Positions 10,706-20,555 of a stretch of 64,000 nt of DNA are shown here, one piece after another (the first letter of the stretch is position 1; every line of letters starts with the position of its first letter). The DNA is from an uncultured delta proteobacterium (GTDB taxonomy: Bacteria; Desulfobacterota; Desulfobacteria; Desulfobacterales; Desulfatirhabdiaceae), in NCBI GenBank assembly GCA_963704205.1, contig CAVPHN010000023.1, forward strand, positions 1 to 64,000. The letters run 5' to 3'. A program made the position numbers and the translations under genes. Under the pieces are notes generated by a model, which searched no databases, was not told the DNA's origin, and saw only the letters and a program-made list of their open reading frames with translations.

Positions 10706-13700
10706 ATGCCGGAAGAGCTTCCCAGACATTTTTTTACCAGAGCCTTTGTAAAAACCATCCTTCGCCGTTCGCTGGCGCTGGCAACCCTGGTGGGGCTTTT
10801 TTACGGTCTGTCAGCGCTGGTATATGCCACCCGGGCCATATTCAAAGTCAAAATGAATTACGCCGTGGTGCTGGAACGTTTTGGCGGCCACCGCGAGGCC
10901 ATCACGGACATCGGCTGGCATGTTCGCCTGCCGTATTTTACCCGCATTGAACAGGAAGTCTCCCTGATGAACCAGACACTGTTTCTGAGCGGAAGTCCGG
11001 AACCCATGAGAATTATTTCAAAGGAAAGCGTTGCGCTCTGGACATCGGCCGTGCTGACCTACCGGATTCGGGATCTGAAGACCTGGGCCATAGAGAATCT
11101 GGATCCCCTGCACCTGCTTCAGGGAGATTATGACGGCATTGTCAAGGACATCCTTCAGGCCCATGAGGTCAACCAGCTCATCAGCAGCCGTGAAAAAATC
11201 AAGGATGATATTTTTGTCGCCTTAAAATCCAGACCGATCAATGAAGGCGGCCCCACGCTTGAAAAAAAATACGGTATTGAAGTGGTGAGCTTTGTCCTGA
11301 AGGAAACCCGCTTTGGCGATAAACTGATTGAAGCCACGGAAGAAAAGAAACGCAGAGAGATGATCGCTGAAGCGGATAATTATTCGGCCGATCAGGAAGC
11401 CAGCCGGATTCGAAAGCTCTATGCCGCATATCTGGAAAGCATTCAATCCCTGCAGCAGGCCCTTGGCAGGCCGGACGGATCCACGGACGGGGCGCTTCTG
11501 CAGTTTCTGACCCAGCAGAAATGGGCCACGGCCTATGAAAAAAATGTTGAGGGCCAGAACACCATCGTGATTCAGAACACCCAGGATTCGCCGGCAATTA
11601 CCCTTCCCTCTGCTCAGCCTCACCGGAAACCCGACTGGAGAGCGGTAATGGCAAGAAGACTGACAAAAGAAGTCAGGTATATCAACCTTCCTGAAAAACG
11701 GATTGACGAAATCAGCCGGCTTGTGTCTTCCTGGCCGTATGAAACCAAAGCATTCATGCGCTCAAGACTGAATCAGTACAGCCCGCCGTCGGACTGGCTC
11801 AATACCCTGCTGGAAAATTTTCTTTCCTTCTTTTTTGCAGCCCCGGAAAAGCATTTTGTGATTCTGAAAGATCCGGAGATTCTGACCGACTGGCAGCGCC
11901 GTTTTGAAATTTCCGGAAAAACCAATCCTCAGCAGGCCTGGAACAAGATCCTGGAAAAGGAAGTATCGGCCAAGGACTATATCTATCTGCTGTCGCTTCT
12001 GGATAAGGATCTCAGCGACGTTCATGTTCCCGTGGAGCTGACAACGCTGTTTGATAAAATCTACCGGGCCCATATCCGGAAAGAATATCTTTCTGATCCG
12101 TCCGTTCCCAAGGCACCCCTGATTCTTTTTATCGGCCCGAGTGGCAGCGGCAAGACATCTACGGTCCGCCAGACCCTGGAGCAGGTTATTTTTGTCAACG
12201 AGGTGCGGCCCGAGGTGGATCTGGCGCAGAAAAAAGAAGAAGCCCTTGCCGGAGAACCTTTCTGGAAAACCATCGACCAGGTGGACCCAACCCTGGCAGC
12301 AGAAATCGCCAGACGGAAAAAAGCGTCTTTTTACAAATATCCTGGCCCAAGTGCCTGTAATCAGCCGCCTTCTGAAAAACCGGATCGGCAAAAATCTTTC
12401 TCAACTTGAAGAGCAGGGGGTTCTGGTCGATTACACCATGATCACCCCGAACGATTTCCAGACCGCCCTTGCCGGAGAACCCGGCAATTATTTCAAGAAA
12501 GCGCTGGGTGATCCGCGAAGAACAAGCATCCGTCATGTCGAAGAAGCGCACAGCGCTTTTGGAAAAATCGAAGGCAAGGACAGCAGCGGAACCGATCGTC
12601 AGCAGAGAACCCTGATCGATACCGCCAATATCGTGATCGATGAAATCATCAATGGCCGAAGAGACTGCCTGCTGATCGCCACGACGGATCAGCCCGAGCG
12701 CTTTGACCAGGCGATTTACCGGCGTTTTGTGGAAAAGGGAAAAATACTGGATCTGTCGGATTTCTGGAAAAATCCGGAAAACCTGACTGAAGTCGTTCGC
12801 CTGGAGCTGATGCGAAACGATATCGTGGTCACGGATACTCCCGATGACGTCTGTCTGCGCAACGCCCGGTGTATTTCTCCGTCCCAGGTGCGATCGGCTG
12901 TGGAAATAATCTATGTCATTTTTCAGGAAAGAACCCTTAAAATCACCCCGGCCTATGTTCGTAAGCTGGTTCATTCCATCATTGAAATACAGGGCGGCTT
13001 TTCGTCAGCCTACCTCGAGGATTCGCTTCTGGTGAGAAAAGCCTTTGAGCTGGTTGCCAGAAACGCTTTCGGCGATTTGTTCGAAAAAGTCGTGGACCGG
13101 ATGGACCGCCTCGTACACTGGGATGATTATGTGGGAAAAATAAAAGACGTGTTTTCGGAAATGGCGAACAATTGCCTTTATTACAACGTCAGCGAAGAGA
13201 AGGGCGTGGTGTTGAACGGCCCGCCGGGAAGCGGAAAAACCTTTCTTGTCCGGGCCTGGCTCAGCGAAAACAGCGATATTCACGATATCGCCACAAGCGC
13301 GTCCGCGCTTCAGGATCCGGTAAATCCGTGGGAAGGCGCGGTAGAGAACCTGGAAAAAGTCTATGACATCGCCAAAATGATTGCCCCTTCCCTGGTGTTT
13401 TTTGATGAAGGGGATTCCCTGGCGCCCCGTCGCAGTGCTTCCGGCGGCTCTCCTTCCGATAAACTGACCAATAAATTTTTGAATTTAATCGACGGCGAGA
13501 TCCCTCTCAACCAGGTGTTTACGGTTCTGACCACCAACCGGCTCGATATTCTGGATCCGGCCCTGATCCGGTCCAAGCGGCTGAAGGTGCAGACAATATC
13601 CGGCCATTTGCGGCTAAAGGATATTACGGATATTGTTCGACAGGCACTAAAGAATATTCCCCTGGCCCCTGAGCTCTCGATCGAAGCCATTGTGGAATCC

Positions 13701-15080
13701 GCCAAGGGACTCTGCAACACTCCGGCGGATTATTCGGCGTTTGTGGAAAAAGCCCGCTCGCTTCGCAGCACGGAATATGAAGTTCTGCTGCGGATTCGCG
13801 ACCTTGCCGATGATTCGAGTGCGATCCGTGATAAATTTGTCAAATTTAATTTTAAAACCCTGATGGGGATTCTTGAAGCTGTGGATGCGCCGCAGTCGCT
13901 TCGGTCCGCCGTTTATGGGGATCCTGCGGGGTTTTTGTCCCGCTATGGCGATGTGATCGAGTTGCTCAAACCGGTAACAAGTTTGGAAGGCTATCCGCTG
14001 ATGACTTCCCACCTGAATTCCGCCCGCCAGGAAATCTCTCACAGTCCGGTAAAAATAGGCAAAATGCAGCTCGATGATTTTCTGGAGGCCGAACTCAGTC
14101 AGGAACCTCAGGTGGGTTTTATTATCGGCGTGGGCGCAAGCGATGTGTCCGGCGTACTTCTTCCCATTGCCACCAGCCTGACTTACAGACTGTCCGCTGA
14201 AAAAGTTCTTGTCACAGGGGCTGTGTCATCCGGCTCCTCGGCAACAGCGGAACTCGACATGGCGGTTCAGATGACCCAGCAGTCTGCCCAGGAAGCCCTG
14301 ACAATGGTAAAAAACTATCTTCAGGAACTGGACCCCAAGGTCAGCATTCCCAAATTACTGGGTGATTTTCTCGATCGGTATACCATCCATCATCAGCTTC
14401 TTTCCGCATCCTACAACGTCGGCGGTCCATCCGCTGGCTATGCCCTTGCACTGAACACCCTGTCCGCACTGCTTCAGATTCCCATATATCACGATTTCGG
14501 GATTACCGGGGCGCCCTGGACCAAGGGCGTGAAAAAAGGCGAGGTAGGCGGCTCCGTCATCATCGGCGGGCATAAGAAAAAAACAGAAAAAGTCCTCCAG
14601 TATTTACGCAGAATGTATATGCCGCTTCAAAATTACAAAGATCTTGAAAATGAATTCCTGGTGAATTTCTGGGAACAGGGAAAAGACGTTCTTGGGGTTT
14701 CCAATTTTGGAGAACTGGTTCCGGAAGTCGTCTGCCTGGGACCGGAATATGAGGTGATACTGAAGGAACTGATTGCCATTCGGATAGAATATAAACTAAA
14801 AAAAACCGGTGGCAATTCCGCATATGATACGCATCGGGAAAAAATCCTGAAACTTAAGAAAATTCTGAAAGATCAGCTCGAGGCCCATATTGTGGATCGA
14901 CTCGAAGCCATTCGAAAATACCTCAGAAATCCTGTCAGCGATCCCCATCAGTCGCTGGATGAGATTTTTATGGAATATAAAAAATCCAAGCTTATCGGCA
15001 TATCACCGATTCTGAATTTTATGAGCAATCAGAAAAAATGGATAGGCCGCTGGTCCACCTGGGGGCGAAAACCGGAGTGA
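10706..15080 (+). CDS. Giant membrane-anchored SPFH/band-7 - AAA+ - AAA+ - Lon-type (S16) protease fusion protein (about 1460 aa; one frameshift at an A6 run near 12315)
   Basis: ATG at 10706 with AAGGAG 7 nt upstream. A TM helix (LALATLVGLFYGLSALVYA) is followed by an HflK/C-like SPFH domain (NYAVVLERFGG...IGWHVRLPYFTRIEQEVSLMNQTL...). AAA module 1 has Walker A LILFIGPSGSGKTSTV and Walker B IVIDEIINGRRD. AAA module 2 has Walker A VVLNGPPGSGKTFLVRA, Walker B LVFFDEGDSL and sensor-1 VLTTNRLDILDPALIRSKRL. The C-terminal Lon catalytic domain has NVGGPSAGYALALNTLSAL...ITGAPWTKGVKKGEVGGSVIIGGHKKKTEKV (Ser in PSAG, Lys in the GGHKKK motif). ORFs 10643..12409 and 12141..15080 overlap; both frames make sense on either side of the homopolymer. 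Confidence 0.75.
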
Positions 15081-15137
15081 CACCCGCAAGTCGTCGTTCT
15101 TTTTGACACAATCCGATACACCATCAACAGAGGGAAA

Positions 15138-16403
15138 ATGCCTGAAATCAAGCCGGTTATTTATTCACTAGTCGGGGTGGTTTTTATCGCCGTCATTTTG
15201 TCGGCAGGGTGTGACAAGCCCAAACCCCGTTTAGAATGTTCCGACGGTCTCGGATGTGTCCATGTGGCGCCTGGAGAATCCATCAAAATCGGGGTGATCC
15301 AGACCTTGTCGGGCATGGTCGCTCCACTGGGGCTTGAACAGGTTCGGGGAATTGCCCTTGCCATTGACAAACGGCAGGGCAAAATTCTGGATCATTCCAT
15401 TTTGCTTCAGACCGAGGATGCAGGCTGTACCGGAGAAGGCGGCGCCAACGCAGCCCTTAGAATCATCGCGGATCCGCAGACAGTTGCTATTCTGGGAACA
15501 ACCTGTTCAGGCGAAGCTGCCACTGCATCAAAAGTCATGTCTGATGCAGGGCTCAGCATGGTTTCCGGTAACAGCAGTTCACCTTATCTGACCAGTATTG
15601 CCGGTAATCGCGCCCCAAACTGGCAGCCGGGTTATTTCCGGACGGTTCCCAATGAGGAATCTTCTGGCATGGCCGCGGCCAATTATGCCTTTTATGAACT
15701 GGGCATTCGAAAAGCTGCCACCATTCACGATGGCGATATTTATACCCGGGGGCTGACTGAGGGATTCGGACAGAAATTCAAGCTGCTTGGGGGGGAAATC
15801 GTTTTATCCACCATGATAGACAGGGGAGATGAAGAGATGCGCCCGGTTCTGGAGGCTGTAATAAATTCAAGTGCCCAGCTCTTGTTTTTCCCGTTGTTTC
15901 AGCCGGAGGGTAATCATATCCTGTCTCAGGCCAGAAAAACACCCAGTTTTGAAAAAATTGTCCTGATGAGTGATGGTGCGTTGATTGAAAGCTCTTTTAT
16001 CGATTCGGTTAAAGATGAAGGAATAGGCCTGTATTTTGTTGGGCCTTCTTGTCCCGGAGGCCCTGACGTTGATGCGCTGGCAAGAGATTATATGGCGAAG
16101 TTTAACATTCCGCCTTCTGCAAGTTATTATCTCAATGCCTTTGATGCTGCCGGTCTGCTGATGGAGGCCATTGAGCAAGTCGCGATCAAGGAGCCTGACG
16201 GATCTTTGCACATCGGCAGGCAAGCCCTGCGAAACGCTCTGTATGCGACCAGAGGATACAAAGGGGTAAGTGGCTTTTTAACATGTGATGAATTCGGGGA
16301 TTGCGCCATTCCTGCCTTCAACATTCTGCGCCTGGATGATCCGTCAGCCGGAGTTTCCGGCCTGCAGTCCAACGTAATGTTTGCTTACACATATGAAAAA
16401 TAG
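15138..16403 (+). CDS. Type I periplasmic binding protein, LivK-like (branched-chain amino-acid ABC transporter substrate-binding lipoprotein)
   Basis: Signal peptide with lipobox (VILSAGC). LivK-family features (IKIGVIQTLSGMVAPLG...). 421 aa. Confidence 0.75.
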   Translation: MPEIKPVIYSLVGVVFIAVILSAGCDKPKPRLECSDGLGCVHVAPGESIKIGVIQTLSGMVAPLGLEQVRGIALAIDKRQGKILDHSILLQTEDAGCTGEGGANAALRIIADPQTVAILGTTCSGEAATASKVMSDAGLSMVSGNSSSPYLTSIAGNRAPNWQPGYFRTVPNEESSGMAAANYAFYELGIRKAATIHDGDIYTRGLTEGFGQKFKLLGGEIVLSTMIDRGDEEMRPVLEAVINSSAQLLFFPLFQPEGNHILSQARKTPSFEKIVLMSDGALIESSFIDSVKDEGIGLYFVGPSCPGGPDVDALARDYMAKFNIPPSASYYLNAFDAAGLLMEAIEQVAIKEPDGSLHIGRQALRNALYATRGYKGVSGFLTCDEFGDCAIPAFNILRLDDPSAGVSGLQSNVMFAYTYEK

Positions 16404-16409
16404 ACATAC

Positions 16410-19115
16410 ATGAACCCCTGGAAGCATTTTTCGCAATTTCTGGAGGATATGAGCATCTCAACCCGCTTTGGGTTGGGAATCGCGCTGCTGCTGTCGCTCT
16501 TTGTTACAGTCTCCGCAACCAGTTATCTCTCCATGGAATTCGTCATCGAAGCCCAAAAATCCATTCAAAACAGCACGAAGCGTCAGCGGTTGGTGCTGGA
16601 AATGGATCGTGGAATGGAGAAAGCCCGTCGCCTTCAGGGGGCCTTTCTTCTTCGATACCCTGAACACGGGGTGAAAAGGGCCCACGAACAGTATGCACAG
16701 CCGGCTGCGAGACATATCGCTCAGGTCGTCACCGTCAACAATGCCTTGAAGGACCTGATTGAACAGTCGAAAGTCAGCGACCCGCTTCGAAAGGCCAGGG
16801 TGGATTTAAATTTATTTCTCTCGTCCGTAAAGCGATTTGCTGAAACATCCACTCAATCCGTTGAACTGCTGACGGAACTGGCGGCTCCGGAAACAGGACT
16901 TGAGGCGCAGCTTGAGGATAATTTCGCTGTGCTGCAGGTCGAGACACGTATTTTCGAGAATCTTGCGAGACTGTTTGGCGAAATGAAATCATTTACCCAG
17001 GATTACCGGATCAGCCGAAAACGCTTTTTAATGCAGTCCGCTTTTAACACGGCTTTCAGGTTGCGCAAGGAAATCGATAATTCTCCTGCCATTGGCGTTG
17101 TGCAGAACCAGAGAATCAATACGCTGATTGACCGGTGCACTGCCACTGCCAATAAAATTCTCGATATTGATGTGGCAATTAAGGCCAATTTTAACGACTT
17201 TGCCCTGCAGGCAGAGGCGGTTGATATGGTTTTAAAAACGCTTGGTAATCTGACAGGAGAGGAAGTCAGGCAGGCACAGGATAGCATTCAACATGCGCGC
17301 AGACTTGCCCTCATTCTAATGGCTGCAATCACCTTTGTCGGCCTGATTGCAGCCTTGATCATTGCCAAGGGGCTGAATAACCGCATCACGCAGAGGGTGG
17401 TCAATTTTATCAGCTCTGCAAAAGCGTTCAGAGAGGGCAACCTGGATGTCTTTGTCAGGGAAGAAGGTGGTGATGAACTAAGTCGGCTGGCTTACACGTT
17501 CAATGTCATGACCGTTCGCATTCGGAAACTTATCGACAATCTGGAACTGAAAGTCAGGGAGCGCACCGCTGAACTATCTGAAAGCGAGCGGCGGTTCCGA
17601 CAGCTTTTTGAACACTCCAGCAGTGGCGTTGCCGTTTACGAATCCGTTGATGAGGGGAAAAATTTTGTATTAAAGGACATCAACAAGGCCGTAGAAACCA
17701 TCGAAGGTGTAAAACGTTCGGAACTTATCGGCAGAAAAGTCACTGAGGTATTTCCCGGAGTCGTCGAATTTGGCCTGCTCGATGTCTTTCGTCAGGTCTG
17801 GCAGACAGGGCAATCCGCCTGCCATCCGGTCAATTATTATTCGGAAGGACGATCGGACGGCTGGCGCGATAATTCTGTTTATAAACTTCCGTCCGGTGAA
17901 ATTGTTGCGGTATATGACGATCTTACTGCCTGGAAGCAGGCGGAGACCGAAAGAATAGCCATGGAAGACAAGCTGCAGCGGGCCCAGAAAATGGAGAGCA
18001 TCGGGCTTTTGGCCGGCGGCGTTGCCCATGACCTCAACAACATTCTGTCGGGTATTATCAACTACCCGGAGCTGCTTCTCATGCAGATGCCCAAGGACAG
18101 CGAGATGCGACAACTCGCCCAGGCCATCCATGATTCCGGACAGCGGGCCGCGGCCGTGGTCGCTGATCTGCTAACATTTGCCAGAGGCGTTGCCTGTACG
18201 AAAGAACCGGCCAACTTGAACAGCCTGGTCCAGGAATACGTGGGTTCTCCGGAACACCGGAAACTGCAATCGCTGCATGCGAACATCAGCTGCATCTCGA
18301 ATCTGGACAATCGTCTGCAGAATATTGATTGCTCTCCGGTTCATATCAAGAAATGCATCATGAATCTGGTGACGAACGCCATGGAGGCAATCGAAGGAGC
18401 GGGCCGTATCGTGATTTCGACGCAAAATCAATACATGGATGAAAAATTGGCGTTGAAAAACGGCATTAACCCTGGTGAATATGCGATGCTGACGGTAACC
18501 GATAATGGAAACGGAATTTCACAAATAGATTTGGAGCACATTTTTGAACCTTTCTATACAAAGAAGGTCATGGGGGTCAGCGGCACGGGTCTGGGGCTGG
18601 CGGTTGTCTGGAGCAGCGTCATGGACCATGGCGGCACGGTTCAGGTTGAAAGCAGTGAAAGGGGAACATCTTTTATTCTCTATTTTCCGGTGACTGAGGA
18701 AGAGGTTAAGCCGAAGGAAATCTATGCTGGAATCGAGGACTTGAAAGGCAGCGGAGAAACGGTCCTGGTCGTAGACGATGAGCCGGCGCTGCTTGATATC
18801 GCCAGCCGGATGTTAACGGTGCTGGGTTATGATGCAGTATGTGTCGATTCCGGAGAAAAAGCCGTGGCACATCTAAGGGAAAAACGGGCCGATATGGTCC
18901 TGCTGGATATGCTGATGGATTCCGGTATCAACGGCCGGCAGACGTACGAGCAAATCATCCGGATTCACCCGAACCAGAAGGCCATCATTGCCAGCGGGCT
19001 GTCTGAAAGCGAGGATGTGAAAATGGCTCAGAAACTGGGCGCCCGAGGATTTATCAAAAAGCCGTATTCCTTCGAGGAACTCGGCATGGCTCTGAAGCAA
19101 GGATTGGGCAGGTGA
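16410..19115 (+). CDS. Hybrid sensor histidine kinase / response regulator (2 TM, periplasmic domain, HAMP, PAS, HisKA, HATPase_c, REC)
   Basis: TM1 FGLGIALLLSLFVTVSA. A periplasmic region of about 260 aa. TM2 plus HAMP. PAS (ERRFRQLFEHSSSGVAVYE...). H-box ESIGLLAGGVAHDLNNIL. G-box GTGLGLAVV. C-terminal receiver (VLVVDDEPALL...VLLDMLMDSGINGRQT...). Confidence 0.85.
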   Translation: MNPWKHFSQFLEDMSISTRFGLGIALLLSLFVTVSATSYLSMEFVIEAQKSIQNSTKRQRLVLEMDRGMEKARRLQGAFLLRYPEHGVKRAHEQYAQPAARHIAQVVTVNNALKDLIEQSKVSDPLRKARVDLNLFLSSVKRFAETSTQSVELLTELAAPETGLEAQLEDNFAVLQVETRIFENLARLFGEMKSFTQDYRISRKRFLMQSAFNTAFRLRKEIDNSPAIGVVQNQRINTLIDRCTATANKILDIDVAIKANFNDFALQAEAVDMVLKTLGNLTGEEVRQAQDSIQHARRLALILMAAITFVGLIAALIIAKGLNNRITQRVVNFISSAKAFREGNLDVFVREEGGDELSRLAYTFNVMTVRIRKLIDNLELKVRERTAELSESERRFRQLFEHSSSGVAVYESVDEGKNFVLKDINKAVETIEGVKRSELIGRKVTEVFPGVVEFGLLDVFRQVWQTGQSACHPVNYYSEGRSDGWRDNSVYKLPSGEIVAVYDDLTAWKQAETERIAMEDKLQRAQKMESIGLLAGGVAHDLNNILSGIINYPELLLMQMPKDSEMRQLAQAIHDSGQRAAAVVADLLTFARGVACTKEPANLNSLVQEYVGSPEHRKLQSLHANISCISNLDNRLQNIDCSPVHIKKCIMNLVTNAMEAIEGAGRIVISTQNQYMDEKLALKNGINPGEYAMLTVTDNGNGISQIDLEHIFEPFYTKKVMGVSGTGLGLAVVWSSVMDHGGTVQVESSERGTSFILYFPVTEEEVKPKEIYAGIEDLKGSGETVLVVDDEPALLDIASRMLTVLGYDAVCVDSGEKAVAHLREKRADMVLLDMLMDSGINGRQTYEQIIRIHPNQKAIIASGLSESEDVKMAQKLGARGFIKKPYSFEELGMALKQGLGR

Positions 19116-19129
19116 CGCTATGCTGGCGG

Positions 19130-20374
19130 TTATTCCTGAATTTCAATTGCCATTTCAGCTTGGAAGACGCGATCCAGACTGTCCGGAAGATCCGAGGGGT
19201 TGCCTTTAACTGCAATCCAGGATGCGGGCATTCCAGGTGTCAGGGTTCCCATATCCGTTATTCCCAAAAGTTCTGCTCCAGTCTTCGAAGCGCATTGCAC
19301 AGCCTCCGCGATGGTATAGCCTGCCTCCAGGAGGATTCGCAGCTCTTCACTGACGCTGATCCCATGATCAACCCCCAGGCTGCCGGCATCCGTTCCAAGC
19401 GCTACCGGTACGCCCAGGTCCCTGGCCATTCGAAGCTGATCCATCTGATGGGTTAGATTCCGCTGGGCGGTGTCTGCTTCCCGGCTTGAAGGCGTAAGAT
19501 GGGCGGCATATGCCCGCATGGTAAAGGCAGTTGGTACCCAGAGGGTCTGTCTGTCCCGCATTCGCGCCAGGTTTTCGGCACCCATGAAAAAACCATGTTC
19601 AATGGAATGGCATCCGGCCTCAATGGCAAATTGCACCGGCAGCCTGCCATTGGCGTGAACCATGACTTTAAGCTGACGGCGCCTGGCTTCGCCTACGGCC
19701 TGAGCGAGTTCCTCCAGGGAAAACTGGGGCAGGGTTTCTTTTCCAAAGCAGATCAGGCTGTTTACGCCCGAATTGACCACTTTGATGTGATCGGGGCGGG
19801 TGTATTCCGACTGGCCGGCTTCGCGGCGAATGGCTTCTGCCAGCGGTTCGCCGAGTGCCGGCGATCGGCCTATCAGCTTTCCGTATCGCCCGCACTGATG
19901 CCAGGCTTTTCCGGCAACCTTGACATGAATGCCCGTATTGCAGGTCGAACCAGTTCGGGTGGGCGGTGCTTTCCCTTCACCACTCAACCCCAGGCATGCC
20001 TGTTGATACCGCTGAACAAGTCCCTTGCCGTCTCCGCCATCTCTTACTGCCCCCACACCGCTGGAAACATGCCGGCGGATATGTTCTGAAATCACGGGTT
20101 TCAGCGCATCATATCCCGCTTCAAGCTGTCGTTTTCGTGCGACAATGTCATCCGTGCCGGACATGAAAAGATGCACATGGCAGTCCACCAGTCTGGGAAG
20201 CAGGGTATATTGCGAAAGATCAAAAAAAGATGATGGATTTTTACAGGATGCTTTCAGTGCCGGTTCGATGGATTGAATGGTATGGTGCTGAATGTGTATC
20301 AGCACGTCCTTGTGAATGGGACCGCCGCTGCCATCAATCAACCAGCCCGCGTGAATGCATGATTTATTTAACAT
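19130..20374 (-). CDS. Amidohydrolase-family metal-dependent hydrolase
   Basis: 414 aa. HxH metal-binding motif near the N-terminus (VDCHVHLFMSGT). Amidohydrolase-like length and pattern. Confidence 0.7.
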   Translation of the reverse strand: MLNKSCIHAGWLIDGSGGPIHKDVLIHIQHHTIQSIEPALKASCKNPSSFFDLSQYTLLPRLVDCHVHLFMSGTDDIVARKRQLEAGYDALKPVISEHIRRHVSSGVGAVRDGGDGKGLVQRYQQACLGLSGEGKAPPTRTGSTCNTGIHVKVAGKAWHQCGRYGKLIGRSPALGEPLAEAIRREAGQSEYTRPDHIKVVNSGVNSLICFGKETLPQFSLEELAQAVGEARRRQLKVMVHANGRLPVQFAIEAGCHSIEHGFFMGAENLARMRDRQTLWVPTAFTMRAYAAHLTPSSREADTAQRNLTHQMDQLRMARDLGVPVALGTDAGSLGVDHGISVSEELRILLEAGYTIAEAVQCASKTGAELLGITDMGTLTPGMPASWIAVKGNPSDLPDSLDRVFQAEMAIEIQE

Positions 20375-20423
20375 ATTCTCTGAGTGTGTACAGGCGAATT
20401 CAGTGAATCGCAGTTTCTTTTTC

Positions 20424-20452
20424 TTGACACTTCCCCCTTATAACACTATATC
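20424..20452 (+). promoter_or_regulatory. Candidate sigma70 promoter upstream of minCDE
   Basis: TTGACA (20424..20429), 17-nt spacer, TATATC (20447..20452). About 100 nt upstream of minC. Confidence 0.3.
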
Positions 20453-20555
20453 TTCTGGAATAAAATCATTAGGTGCATCAATTTCAGGACAGGGCTGGAA
20501 TTAAAATCCGCTGCTGTTTTGCTGAAAACCATGCGGCTTGATTTAAGATGAGGAC

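Noticed and set aside
10643-12409. Treating 10643..12409 and 12141..15080 as two separate genes (an SPFH-AAA protein plus an AAA-Lon protease)
   Set aside because: The first ORF's sequence after Walker A and the second ORF's sequence before Walker B are both only meaningful up to or from the A6 run at about 12315. AAA module 1 would otherwise be split between genes. A single +/-1 indel explains it, as at about 30 other sites in the window.
12195-12974. 259-aa minus-strand ORF inside the giant protease gene
   Set aside because: Antisense to the AAA+ module 1 region, whose Walker B and sensor motifs read cleanly on the plus strand.
10706-15080. Interpreting the AAA-Lon protein as a BrxL-like phage-defence component
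   Set aside because: No BREX, restriction-modification or other defence genes are adjacent. Neighbours are housekeeping, signalling and hydrolase genes. The SPFH membrane anchor points to membrane proteostasis. Kept only as a remote alternative.
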